A stretch of DNA of 64,000 nt from Tricharina praecox (Eukaryota), in assembly GCF_024521635.1 (NCBI RefSeq), contig NW_026250403.1, positions 372,001 through 436,000 on the forward strand. Reading direction: 5' to 3'. Positions 38,384-50,715 of this stretch are shown piece by piece. The notes beneath the pieces are model-generated. The model was given only the letters and a program-made list of their open reading frames with translations. It ran no database searches and was not told the origin of the DNA. Position numbers and translations under genes: made by a program. Position 1 is the first letter of the stretch. The number at the start of each line of letters is the position of its first letter.

Positions 38384-39485
38384 TGAGGGTGGGACAGGCG
38401 TTATGGACGTTTCGTCCGTATTCGATTACTTATACAAGGGCTACTGGTGGTGATTTACGGCTATCTTACGGGAGATATCACTGAGAGTTTGGTTTATACG
38501 CCGTGTACGGCTGTGGATGTACCGCTTGCATGTATTTGGGCCGAACGGACTTGCAAGCGACAGAAATTGGCACCTATCAGTAACTGAAACAGTTTCAGGC
38601 GCTCGTCTTAGCTTCCATTTAAACAAATCAAATACTAGGTCTACTCAGTCAGGTACAGGCTTTTTGTTTTTGAATCATCATTGCGTTCGACCTTACTATC
38701 ATGGCAGATACACGTCCGTTTCCCCACACACCTCCGACAACCACACCAACCTTCCAAAAATGCCAAGACTATGCGTTGGCACACCAAATGCCCCGCTCAC
38801 TTTGGCTTCAGGATTCATGTGGCGTGTGTGTCCACTCTTTCCGACCGCGGATTTAGTGCCCCGACCGATGAGTTCGACGACGATGAGCATGAAGCGATAG
38901 AGATCAATCGAGCCTCGGTCCCTGGCCGGAGAACTGCACTACCACGGGTGCTACATCCGAACCTCTGAAGAAGTCTCACCATCGCTTCCCCGCACATCAT
39001 CATCGATTTTATCACTCTAGGAGAGCCTGTTTAGCAGGCGATACGGCGACGGCGGGGAGGAGAGTGAACTCCAGGGGGGGAGCTCAGGGCTTGGCCCAGG
39101 ACAACGTCGGCCATGACAACCGGCATTTTGCCAGTCCCGCCTTCGATCCAAATATCTTCGCTGCTATTCATCGGGCCCCGGCCTTGACAGCTACGCAAAC
39201 CCCGAGACGATGATTCCTTTCGAGCACCATGCCGTGTGCGCTAGACTGGTTATGTTGAGGGTAGTACCGAGTGAAGGTACCTTTTGGAGGAGAGGAGGGT
39301 TACGAAGCGCCGCTACAGCGCAAAACCGACAACCCGAGCCTCTTCGGAGGCTCACTTTCAAAATATTGCGAGACGAAGGGATTTGGCTTGTCATTTCTGT
39401 ATGGATTTGGTGGTGGAATTTCTTTGTCGAAATGTTGTATTGTAGATATCTCTATCGGCCATAACCTTCGGGTTCCATGCTGTAT

Positions 39486-39488
<3 letters not shown>

Positions 39489-39520
<32 letters not shown>
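39489..39520 (+). repeat. (CAAT)8 tetranucleotide microsatellite
   Basis: Read directly from the sequence. Confidence 0.9.
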
Positions 39521-39749
39521 GTCCGTTTCCCCGTCAGGTACAAGCCCGAGTATCTGCAGGCACCACGGGCTTGCAAGTTCGAGCGATATTTGGTGATAGC
39601 GCTGCCAAGGATCTGACGCGATAAGATTAGATGGAGGGGTACGGAGAATAGAGTTGGCTGCCCCACGCTTCTTACCGCGCACCCTCCGTCACCAGTCGCG
39701 AACGCAACATTCCTTCGTCCCGTTTCACCTCCCACCACATCCAGTCACA

Positions 39750-40379
39750 ATGTCTGTTGCTCGTCAGGTCCCCAAGAAATTTACGGCGGAGGAGGCCGAG
39801 AACTTGGAGGATGTCAGATTCCCACCCCTCCAATACCAGCGAAAAGTGTAACTAAACCAGTTTGCAGATCGAGAAGCAGTTTGCTGTCAAGGCGGTCATT
39901 CACGCGCAGACCTACTGGAACATCCTGCAAAAGCGTCGCGGAACCGACCTGCGTCTGACCAAGTTGGATGACGAGATCATGGCACACCTGCTCGAGGTGT
40001 TCCCGGACTTCGACGCTGCCAAGGAGCTCGACGAGGACAGGATGAAGGACAAAGAAGGCAAGGAGAAATGGAGGAGCTTCATGATGAAATATGAGAAGAC
40101 TGTCGAGGACTACAACTTTGGTACTCTCCTGCGCCGGACCGCAAATGCCGAGTACGAGGAGAAGACTACCATGTTTGCTCCTAGAATGCAGGTGGGGGTT
40201 CCCTTTATCTAGCGGCCGAGGACTCATAAGCCTTTGGAGTGGTATGCGAGGGATATCATAGCTGACCCGTATAGTTCTACGCTGTTGAGATCGCCAGAAA
40301 CCGTGCGGGTCTTAACGATTGGATCTACGACGACGCAAGGAAGGAGGAAGAGAAGGAGAAGGCTGCTGCTGGTAACTAA
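39750..40379 (+). CDS. PBDC1 / Ypl225w-family protein (eEF1A chaperone-like); 2 introns
   Basis: AENLED|IEKQFAVKAV, LTKLDDEI, DYNFGTLLR, PRMQ|FYAVEIARNRAGLN. Confidence 0.93.
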
Positions 40380-40683
40380 GCGATAATCTACTCGTGAGGA
40401 TCTCGAAAAAAGATTGGTGCATTTGTGGGGTACTTCGGCGTCTTGAATTTAGACAGCGGGATGAGATTAATATTTCGAGAACAAATTAGGTGGCTTTTCC
40501 CTGAGCCCGTCTAGTACGTACGCATCCGTACTGATAACTTGGGATGAACATGCTCCTCTTGTCTTCCATTCAAGGAGTGACGAGGAGGTTGTTTCGTTCG
40601 GCAAACGGTACGCCGTTTCGTGTTCTCGATGCATGTCTTGGATATATGTGCTGGATTGGTCCTTGCAAGCCATACCTCGCGAA

Positions 40684-40758
40684 CAATATCAAGACCGCCA
40701 TGCGCCACCAATATCAAGACCGCCATGCGCCACCAATATCAAGACCGCCATGCGCCAC
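40684..40758 (+). repeat. Perfect 25-bp minisatellite CAATATCAAGACCGCCATGCGCCAC x3, upstream of the ABC transporter
   Basis: Identical copies start at 40684, 40709 and 40734. Confidence 0.95.
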
Positions 40759-40977
40759 CAGTATCCAGAAATTTTAGGATTCACAATCTATTACTCATTA
40801 TTAATCTTGTAGTTTGATATACTCTTTGAATTCGCGGACCTGTTTGCATCGGAATGCATCGACCATACAATACTCAATCCCCATTTTCCGATCTTTTGTT
40901 AGCCCAACTCCTTCCCCCACCGTTCTTAAGGAATGTCGTCGACACCAGCAACTTCAATCGACTCTTACAGAACCGCC

Positions 40978-43900
40978 ATGGACGAAGTTGCCTTGAACGA
41001 CCTTTCTACCAATGAAACACCGCCACCAACCGATGATGGTCATCACAGTGCTAGATCGTCACTGGATTCGGAGGCACCCAGTGACGCTCCCCTTGTGACT
41101 GACGAAGATGAGCAGAAGGATGTGCCTTGGACATCGCTTTTCGCCTTCACCACCGGGCGGCATAAAATCGTACTCGGAGCAGCGCTTACGCTTTCCATTA
41201 TCAGCGGCCTGGTGATCCCAGGTATGTCCATACTGATGGGCAAGATCTTTGGAGCCTTTGCGCAGTTCGGGAGCGGTACTCTGAGCCCAGACGAGTTCAT
41301 GGATGAAGTGAAGAAGTATTCTCTGTGGCTCACCATTCTGGGATGTGGCAGCTGGATACTCAACGGCGCTTTCTTTGCTATGTGGCTCTGGTTCGGGGAG
41401 CTCCAAGCAAAATCCGCCAGGGACAAACTCTTCGATAGTCTCATCAGCAAGGATCTCAGCTGGTTTGAGGAGAGGAAGACTGGTGTTTCGGCCATGATAA
41501 CGGGTTCACAAACGTTGGTTGCCAATCTGATCCTCCTCTTCCTTCTTCGGTAAACCATTTCATCTGGCTAACAGTGAATTCTTGGTAGATACATCAAAGC
41601 ATTACAACTAGCTGTTTCGCAGCCACTCGGATTTGCTACACAGGAACTGGTGACAGCCACAGCAGCTGTCGGTGTCGCGTTCTACCACTCGTGGTCCCTG
41701 ACTCTAGTTATTCTGGCATTGATCCCCGTTGCCTTGGCCTTGATCGCCTATCTATCGTCAAAAATCCAGCCGCATATCGATGGACAAAAGAAGTATCTTG
41801 CTGTCGCCTCCAAAACCGCGAGCTCGGCCATCATTTGGATTGAAACCGTCAAAGCTTCCAACGGACAGGCACAAGAGCACGGTTCTTTCGTCAAAGCGGT
41901 TGGTTGGGCCTCGAAGGAGTACAGGAAACAGTCACACCTCAATGGTTTACGGATGGGGTTCACCAGGATCCTCATATTGGGCATGTTCGTTGAGGGATTC
42001 TGGTACGGGAATAAGTTGGTCCGCGGAGGAAGCCAGTTCTCGCCGGGGGATATCATGACTACTTTCTGGAGTTGTTTGATGGCTACTCAGGCACTGGAAA
42101 CGGTTATGCCGCAGGTGATGGTTCTGGAGAAGGGCAGGGCTGCTGGCGCTTGGTTGAAAGCGCTGTTAACCACGATGGAAAATAAGACAGGCAGTGGCCG
42201 CCGCCAGCTTGGTGGACGCATGCCTATGACTTGCAGTGGTGATATCGAGCTTACAGGTGTAAGGCATTCCCAACTCCTTGTCTCTTCCGGGTCTTAATCC
42301 GAATAGGTTTCGTTTACATACCCATCGCGACCTAGTGAGCTGGTCTTAACAGACGTCAACCTCCGCCTTCCGACGAACGAAACAACCTTCATCGTTGGCC
42401 ACAGCGGGTCCGGGAAGAGCACTGTAGCAAGTCTAGTAATCGGTGCCCATCACCCGCTCGCCGGCGATATTTCCATAGATGGCAACTCCATCAAAACACT
42501 GGATCCTCGATGGATCAGAGACAACATCTCGGTAGTGCAGGCGCAGAGCCCACTTTTTAACGAGAGCGTATTCCGCAACATCTCGTTTGGCCGCGGAGAC
42601 TACGAAAACGTTACGAAGGAGGATGTTCTGGATGCATGTAGGGCCATGGCTCTGGAGAAGACGATTTTAGATCTTCCTTGTGGACTGGATACCATTGTTG
42701 GTGCGGGGGGTAAACAGCTATCGGGTGGCCAGATGCAGCGAGTAGGTTTTCAAGATCCCCAGGACTACGTGTGTTCTTATCACTGACTCCCAATTCAAGG
42801 TAGCTTTGGCGCGGGACCGCCTTCGCGACGCAACAATACTGATTTTGGATGAAGCACTGAGCGCCCTGGACGTGTCCAATCGCCGCATCGTGATGGAGAC
42901 CATACGAGAGTGGAGAAAAGGCAAGACAACGATCATAATCACCCATGATATTTGCGAGATCGGGCCGGACGATTTCACGTACGTCATGGAGAGGGGCAAA
43001 GTCGTGCAAGAAGGGCATCGTAGAAATCTCGAGACAGAAGTTGGCCCGTTTCAAATGTTCCTCGATGCTTCTGGGGTGGGACGGCCCGGGAGTGGAAATA
43101 CCGTCGAGGACGGTGATCGAATCACAGGATATGATGGCCCGTACGCCAACAATTTACTGAAAGAAATAGGGGCGCAAGATCGAATTACGAGACATGACGG
43201 GCCCTTCGCGGATGAGGTCCCGAAAGAGATAGGTTCCCCAGAGGTCAGCATTGTTAGAGACAAGCGATTCTCCGAAGTGATGACGCTCACCGATTTCCCC
43301 TTTATATCTGCGGTCACGCCCTCGGCACGCCCGATATCTCAAATTTTTCTGAACTTTAGTACAGTTGGGGAGGGATCGAATCCACCGAAACCTATCACTG
43401 ATGAGGAAAGAGCGCTGCCAAAACGAGCTATATCTCGTGTGCAGCAGGGCAAGCCAACGTTACGGCAGATCTTCGCCACGGTTTGGCCGGCGCTCAGTAC
43501 CAAAGGGAAGTTCCTTCTGGTCCTCGGATTCGTGGCCGCTTTCTTCCATGCCGCTTCCACTCCAGTCTTCGCCTTCGCTCTTGCCCGGCTGCTGCAGTCA
43601 ATCCTCGATACTCGAATCCCCGAATCCACTGCCCGAAACTGGGCACTAAGCATCATCGGCGTGGCCTTCGCCGACGGTTTAAATTACTACCTGATGTTCT
43701 ACCTCCTGGAGTTCAGCGGGCAATCCTGGGCCGACCATCACCGAATACGGGCCTTTTCACGGGTGCTAGACCAACCGCTAGCCTGGTTTTCCCGCGACGA
43801 AAACTCCGTTGCAAACCTAATCGAAGATCTCGAGAAGCACGTCGAGGAGATGCGCAACATCGTCGGTAGATTCGCGGGGCTCACATTCGTCGGTGTGTCT

Positions 43901-45258
43901 CTCATGGTGATTTGTATGACGTGGAGCTTGATCTCAAGCTGGCATTTGACGTTGGTCGGATCATCGATTGCGCCCGTCATGTATGGGATCTCTAGAGGGA
44001 TGGCGTGGATGTCGGGTCACTATGAGAATAGGTGTAACAACGCAGCGCAGATGACGGGTGGTATCCTCTATGAGGCTATCACTAATATCCGCGCGGTGAG
44101 GAACTACAACATAGAGAGATTCTTTAGGAAGAAGTACTTTGATGCTACGAAGACGGGGTTGGCTCTGGGTATTAGAAGGAGCTTTTGGGAGGGCTTCTGG
44201 TTTGGCCTGTCTGATTCCTCGATGCTTTTCGCTACTGGTGAGAGTCTCCGCTCCGACATATCTTGTACTCACTGGCTAATATGATGGTAGCATTGATCTT
44301 CTACTACGGCGCCCATCTAATGTTCAAATCCAATGAGAGCCTCAGCGACGTCCTCAGTGTCTTTACCCTCCTCCTCTTCTCCACCGCCAACGCCAACGTC
44401 ATAATCGGGATGATCCCGCAAATAAGCAACAGCAAGGATAGCGCACACCGAGTCCTGCGGCTCTCCACTCTGCCCCACGATTCGCACGAGCAATCGGGCA
44501 CGCTTTCCTTCCCCATTCTCCCCGCGGCAATCACCTTCAAATCCGTAGTCTTCTCCTACCCCGCACGTCCTCATATCCCCGTCCTCCGCGGACTGTCCCT
44601 CACAATCCCCGCAGGCCAGTGCATAGCCATCGTCGGCTCCAGCGGCAGCGGCAAATCCACACTCGTAGCACTCCTTCAGCGCCTGTACACCCCCAACGAC
44701 GGAGAAATCCTCATCGGGCGTCACCCGCTGACCACACTCTCTACCCGGCTGCTACGACAGCGCCTAGCGATCATTCCGCAGCAGCCAACACTGTGGGACA
44801 TCAGCGTGGCAGACAACATCACCTACGGCCTGCCCGCGGGCGAGGTAGGGAGCGAGGATGTTGTCCGCGCCGCGAAGCTCGCCGGGATCCACGAGTTTGT
44901 GGAGAGTTTGCCGGAGGGGTATAACACGCTGCTTTCCGCCGGGGGCGGAGGGTTGAGTGCAGGACAGGCCCAGCGAGTAGCGATATCCCGTGCGCTAGTG
45001 AGGAGGCCGAGAGTGTTGATACTTGACGAGTGCACGGCGAACTTGGATTCGGAGAGTGCAAAAACCATCAAGGAGAATGTGGTGAGGTTGCTAAGAGAGG
45101 AGCAGGGGAGGATGACGGTGCTCATGATTACCCATGCCGAGGAATTGATGAGGGTTGCGCAGAGGGTAGTAGTGGTGGGGGAGGGGAAAATTGTCGAGGA
45201 AGGGACGTACGCTGAACTGAAGGCCTTGGGAGGAGAGTTTAGTAGATTGTTGGAATAA
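40978..45258 (+). CDS. STE6: Full-length ABCB transporter, Ste6/Mam1-type pheromone exporter-like; 4 introns (alternative start at 40933)
   Basis: TMD-NBD-TMD-NBD layout; WFGELQAKSAR, GFWYG, TFWSCL; GHSGSGKST, LSGGQ, GSSGSGKST, LILDECTANLD. Confidence 0.75.
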
Positions 45259-45635
45259 GTAGGGGTTACTTTCTAGTATTTAGTTTGGCGTTTACTCGGA
45301 GAGCAATACTTATACTTTTTTTTCTTTTTCTTTTCATGGCTAGGATACCTGTAACTGTACCTATCTTTTGGGTGTCCATTTTGCATTGCGGGTGACTCGG
45401 CGGAGCCACTCGCAGGCCCATGGGGAACCCAGGAGCGACCTTCACGGCTTATATAGTATCTTGTACAATTTAGCATGATCTACTATCACAGTAGAGTCTT
45501 CAAAGGCTACAACAATTCCTCGATGTCTTTTATTTGGGTCATCAATCAATCACGCGAGATCTCGAGCAAATCGACCAATCGTATGAGAGCAGCAAACAAC
45601 ATCCGCTTTCCCTCCCCCTCGATGCTAGACATGCT

Positions 45636-48414
45636 CTAAACCCTCTTGAAGAAGTAGACATATCTACAATCGTTAGCAATCGTTCGAAAACTTGAGTCAC
45701 TGAACTTACGCAAACTTCTTCATTTCCTCAGCGTCACCACTCTTGACCACCTTCTCGTCATTGAAAAGTACCCAGCTCTCTCCTTCCTCACTCTGGACAT
45801 GGCTGAGATCCTTCTTGATGAACGCGACGTAATGGCCCGCATGGATGCTTCCGCCCTTGTGGCAGACAATACTCGAGAGCTTAAAGTTCGCAGGGAGCTC
45901 TTTATTTCCCGGTTCCTCCTGGGCCTTTGGAGCAGCAGTAGTCTTGGTCATAGGTTCGTCCTCGAAGCTATCCTCCGGATGAGAGAAGATCCATTCAATC
46001 GCGGCCTCGACGTTTCCGTGGGTCTCCCTAAGTGCTTTCGTCGCCTGGGCGGCTGTGAAGCCCATGCCCATGACCATATCGATCGAGTCTTGCGACGGGC
46101 CGACCTTTTGGGCGCCACTGGAGACAGGAATAACGAGGGGATCGTCAATATCGGGGTCTTCCATGTGGCCGAAGAGCCAAGTCATTGCTGTCTCGGCATC
46201 TGCATTACCAGTCTTGTAGAGTGCTTTCTCACAGCGAGGCTTAGGGAATCCCATAGCCTCGAGCTGTGCCATGGCGAGTTCGTTGGCGACAAAAGCGGGT
46301 TGGCCTTCAGCGGAATCTTCAGGGAGTAGTTCCTCACTGAGCTGGATGCCCGAAGAGAGGTAATCATCGAGCGGGAAGGCCTCATCGGGGACTATGATGG
46401 GGATATCGAGCTTTGTTGGCACCCAGTTGACGAGCTCGAAACGGCGGCAATTGATGACGAGGACATTAGGAAAGGACTTGAAGCGGGAGCGTCTTGTCAT
46501 CTATCGTCAGTAAAATTATCGACATTATGGAGCGGATAACATACTTCGTCGCTTGCTTGCCACCACAACCCTTGCAAGTGAACTCCACAACCTCATCGGA
46601 GGTGAAAATCTGGAGGCACTCCTTGATGGTGACAGGTTCGAAGACATCCTTCTTGTCCTTTCCAGCTTCGGCTTCTCCGGCCTCGTCCATCACAACATCG
46701 GGAGTCTTAATTCTTCTCGCGGGTACAGGTACAGATATGTTGTCCTGTATATCGGTCCTGTAGGCGACCTTCTTACACCCCAAACACTGCAATCGCTGTT
46801 CAAGCATGAATCTAAAGTCCGAAACTGGGTCCTTTAGTCCCTCCGGGTGTCCGGACTTCTCGATGTGATTGAAGAGATGCAATAACAGCTCGAACGCATC
46901 CTGCTGGCGCATGGTCGAGAACTCTTCATGTCCCTTTCCTATGAGAGCCTTCAGCATAGAGGGAGCAAGACCCTTCTGGTGTGGAAGCTCGGTGGAATAC
47001 TCGCTAGCCATAACATCAGAGTCTGGCCTTGAGTATCGTCCCGACCACAATCCATCTCCAATCTTTCGGAGCTGTGTTTCCAGGTCTTCCGCGGGGTTCG
47101 GGACTTCTGGCAAGCCCTTCACCTTCTCGAAATATCTCTCCTTGAAGGCAGGCAATGAATACAAACATTGTATTATGCTAGCCAGATAGCAAGAGTTGCC
47201 CAGATTCTTCAACCCAGTCAAGCCCTGTCCGTATATCGGCTTGAGCTCCTTGCCATCCTCCGAAGTCATCGAGAACTCCCAACGCAGGTTTTGTTCAATC
47301 TGCATCTCCGTCAAGCTCTTCTCCGTCTTCTGCCTCTCCGCGATGTTGATTCCCCAGTGGGCAAGATGAGCCTTGATCTCAGGGTCACTCTTCTCGTCAT
47401 TGCAAGAGTAGCAGTAAACATCGCAGTTGCCTTCCGGTGTGATTGAGCCAAGCTTGACGGCAACTGGATGTCCCGTGGCATCGGTATGAGCCAAGCCATG
47501 AGAGTTTCCGCCGACTCCGCCGAACTGGGCCCGTCCGCATCCAAGGTTTCCGCACTGCAGACAGAGCCAAAGGTTCTCATTCAAGTCGCAATCAGCACAA
47601 TGGGCGAGATCTGCAGTAATCAGTATAAACCCCCATGCCGCAGGCAGAACGGGACCCACTCTGGGATTCAAGCTGTTTTGACTCTGTTTGTTCCAAGCAA
47701 AGCGTATGTTCACACGGGTTGATCTCCTGTTCCCAAGCCTTGACTTCCGTCTGGGTAGCAAAGGTCATTGCCGACATGATACCGTCTATGACCGCGGACA
47801 GCTATGATGCCAGGAAAGAATAAATCAACATCCGTCAAGCATGATCAATGGAGGTGGTCATCCAGCATACATTCCCGGTAGTCCTCTCCACCTCCTTCCC
47901 ACCGCATTCGTAGCAAATCACCGCCGTATGGGTATCGTAACGATCGCTCTCGGTCTCAGCCGCAATGGCAAGCCTAGAAATTTTCTGCGGTGGCTCATCA
48001 CGCTGACTCTGACTTAGCAAATCCGAGGTGTGATCGGGGTGAAATCGTAGCAGCCCACCTCGACTTTGGGCTTCTTGGTTCGACGGATATTGAGGGCCAG
48101 TGGGTGTTTGGCTAACTTGTGATGGAGCTCGGCGTGGTTTCTCTCGCCAGCGCAACCACCGTTGAAGCAGCCCAGACAGACATTCAGACCTTGAGGCTCG
48201 TCCTGCAGCTATTAGTCAGTGATTGGTGTCTTAAATCCACGCCGTGAAAGCTTACGATGCTATCGAAGCACTGCGTGCAGTCTTCTCGATGGACGCTCTG
48301 ATTGGCTCTCGGAGCCACAAGACCTAGTATACTAGGTCAGCAACGCAAGCTCTATACGTTGCGGTTCTTCGCGAGGGCTTGCGTACGAGCTTCCGCGACG
48401 TGGGGACAGCTCAT
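45636..48414 (-). CDS. UBP14: Ubiquitin C-terminal hydrolase Ubp14/USP5 (ZnF-UBP, USP, two UBA domains); multi-exon
   Basis: REDCTQCFD, NLWLCLQCG, GLKNLGNSCY (Cys box), HKGGSIHAGHY (His box), MGF UBA motifs. Confidence 0.96.
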
Positions 48415-48975
48415 GCTGAAGACGGTCTCGGGGCGCGACAGTATATGGGAAATGGGGGAGTTCGAGGATAGTTCGAGCAGGAGATTTCAAACCGAGATGG
48501 TGAGAGACGAGAGGTGTTTCTGCTCCGTTTGATGGTTGACGAAGGAAGCTCATTAGTGGGGCATTGAGGCTCCGGAAGACGCTAATTAACCGCTTGGAGA
48601 TAAGATCTACATTGACTGTATCATAGCTAAGCACTCGACATTTCGTTCACCAAATCGCGGCTTCATCGTTAGATCCATTCAGATATGCCTTGATCTAGCT
48701 AGGTCGCATGCAACCAATGATTAAACAAAAAAAGTTAGATTCATTCAGGGTCAGACGGAGAGCAAGATGGAATTCACGTCGAGCCGGGCCCCAGCGGGGT
48801 CGGACAGTGGGGTGGAAACGGACATGTATACAGCCATGATCTACTAAGTCGAATGCTATGATGATGAAACAAAAAAGTTGGATCCATTCATCAAGCACTA
48901 GAGTAATTAAAACACTTCCAACCCCCAAAATTACATCAATCATTCTCATGATATCTAGTGGGGATATTCAATGCC

Positions 48976-50412
48976 TTAGTGACTACTGAAGAACTCAAGA
49001 AACTGTTCAAACACTCCTGCCTGGGCATCCTTGATGAGAGGATCGGGATAGCTTCCATAAACACCGAATCCTGGGTACTGTTAAGACCGAACTGGATTGC
49101 TAAGGAAATGGGCTTACCATGAGGGACGTCCTTGTACACGAGGAGCTCATACTCCAGTTTGTTTTCTTCGAGGAACTTCTCTCCTTCCTCGCGGACTTCA
49201 TCTGGAAAGAAGGGATCGTTTTCTATCGGAGCAGACATAGTCATGAGTACATGAATCATGAAGTTCTAGGGAAGTGCACATACCGACGCACGCGAATGTG
49301 ACCGGCTTCTTCACTCCCTTGATGTCCTCCAAGTCGACCATAGTTCCTGTCCAACATCAGCGACTGTCCCAGGCGGAAGGATACTCAGAGAAGGCAGACC
49401 ATGTGCCATGGCGACTGCCGTAACATCGTCGCGGGCCGCCAGCCTCAGTGCATACTTTCCACCAAAACAGTAGCCCACAACGTAGATCCCGCGAGAGACC
49501 TTGTACTGCTTGTCACCGTACTGCTCCTTGACGGCCGTCAGGACGTTTTCGATAATTGGCATGGTGTTTTCCGGCGTGTGACGGGCGATCCACATATCTG
49601 TACGGCAAGTAGGCAAATAAACATCACATAGGTAGGTACTGGAATTCAGACAGCAACGAACCGATCATGAAGCCTTTCACGCCCTCGACAGCTTTCATCT
49701 TGATCTGGTCCAAAAGCCCCAGCTCTTGCTTTTCCGGGACCGCTGCGGCTACGTTTGCGGATTTGGGAGCAGCATCGCCTGCTTTTGGGTCAATCTGTGC
49801 GGTTCCGACCCCATTTGTGAGACTGACCATTGAACCTGTACAGGCATGTGAATTAGAATCTCTTTGAAGCTACGTAGAATGAGGGCCACCGACAAATCGG
49901 GCATCACGACAAAGTAGCCTTCTTTCGCGAAGTGGTCTGCCTGGACCTGGTTGTTGACGGAGTGGACACCGACACCGTTGGTCAGGAGAACCAAGAGACT
50001 GGCTTCCCGTAGCTCTGCGTCGTACGGCTTTGAGACGTAGACCTATTGAACGTCGCATCGTGAGAAGAGCCGGAGTGAGATATCCGCGACAGAGAGCTCA
50101 CCTCGGTCTCACCGAGCTTCACGATCTCCTGTACATCTCTCAGCAAAACGAGACCATCATAACGGACTATTGGCTCCCTCGAGCTGTACTGGAGTCGAAG
50201 AAACACAAGCTCACCCCAGAAGAACTCTCGGAGGCATCTGGGAGGGTTCAGAGACGTCAGTTATACCGCTTGCCCCGCCTACGTCATAATGCTTGCTCGG
50301 ACCAACCTAGTGGAGGGTTATTGGTGCAGTGATCTCCCATAGCTGGAGACTTGGGAGCCGCGGCGTCGGACGACAAGCGGTCTTCAGAGACGCGAGGAGA
50401 CTCGTAAACCAT
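48976..50412 (-). CDS. Dienelactone hydrolase family protein (Aim2-like); multi-exon
   Basis: MGDHCT, ADHFAKEGYFVVMPDL, VGYCFGG nucleophile, VPHG catalytic His. Confidence 0.88.
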
Positions 50413-50556
50413 GGCTGAATGATTCTCTATTGCTGTCTGTTTGGTGTTGTTCTGGTGGTTGTTTGTGGTTTGATTGGTTTACATGGATTTCGACATGCAA
50501 TAATGTAATTGGCACCGCCACATAGTCATGTGACATGATTCTATTCCAGCCCCAAT

Positions 50557-50581
50557 CGCGTACGCTTCTCCCAGAACGCGA
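50557..50581. promoter_or_regulatory. Two MCB-like ACGCG cores in the RFA1 promoter
   Basis: CGCGT at 50557 and ACGCG at 50576, about 140-160 bp upstream of the RFA1 ATG; RPA genes are typical MBF targets. Confidence 0.4.
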
Positions 50582-50715
50582 CTCACAACATCTGATCTTT
50601 TCGACGCTCATCACCACCCCATGCATCACCGCTTCCTGTGATTCTACTACCACATTTTTTTCATTCATTTCACTTCGACTTAACAGCGCCAGGAATACCT
50701 ATCAGTTCGTCCAAA

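Noticed and set aside
38681-39190. Pseudogene with premature stops at 38966, 39032 and 39065
   Set aside because: The stop density is about what random sequence gives, and no family is recognisable.
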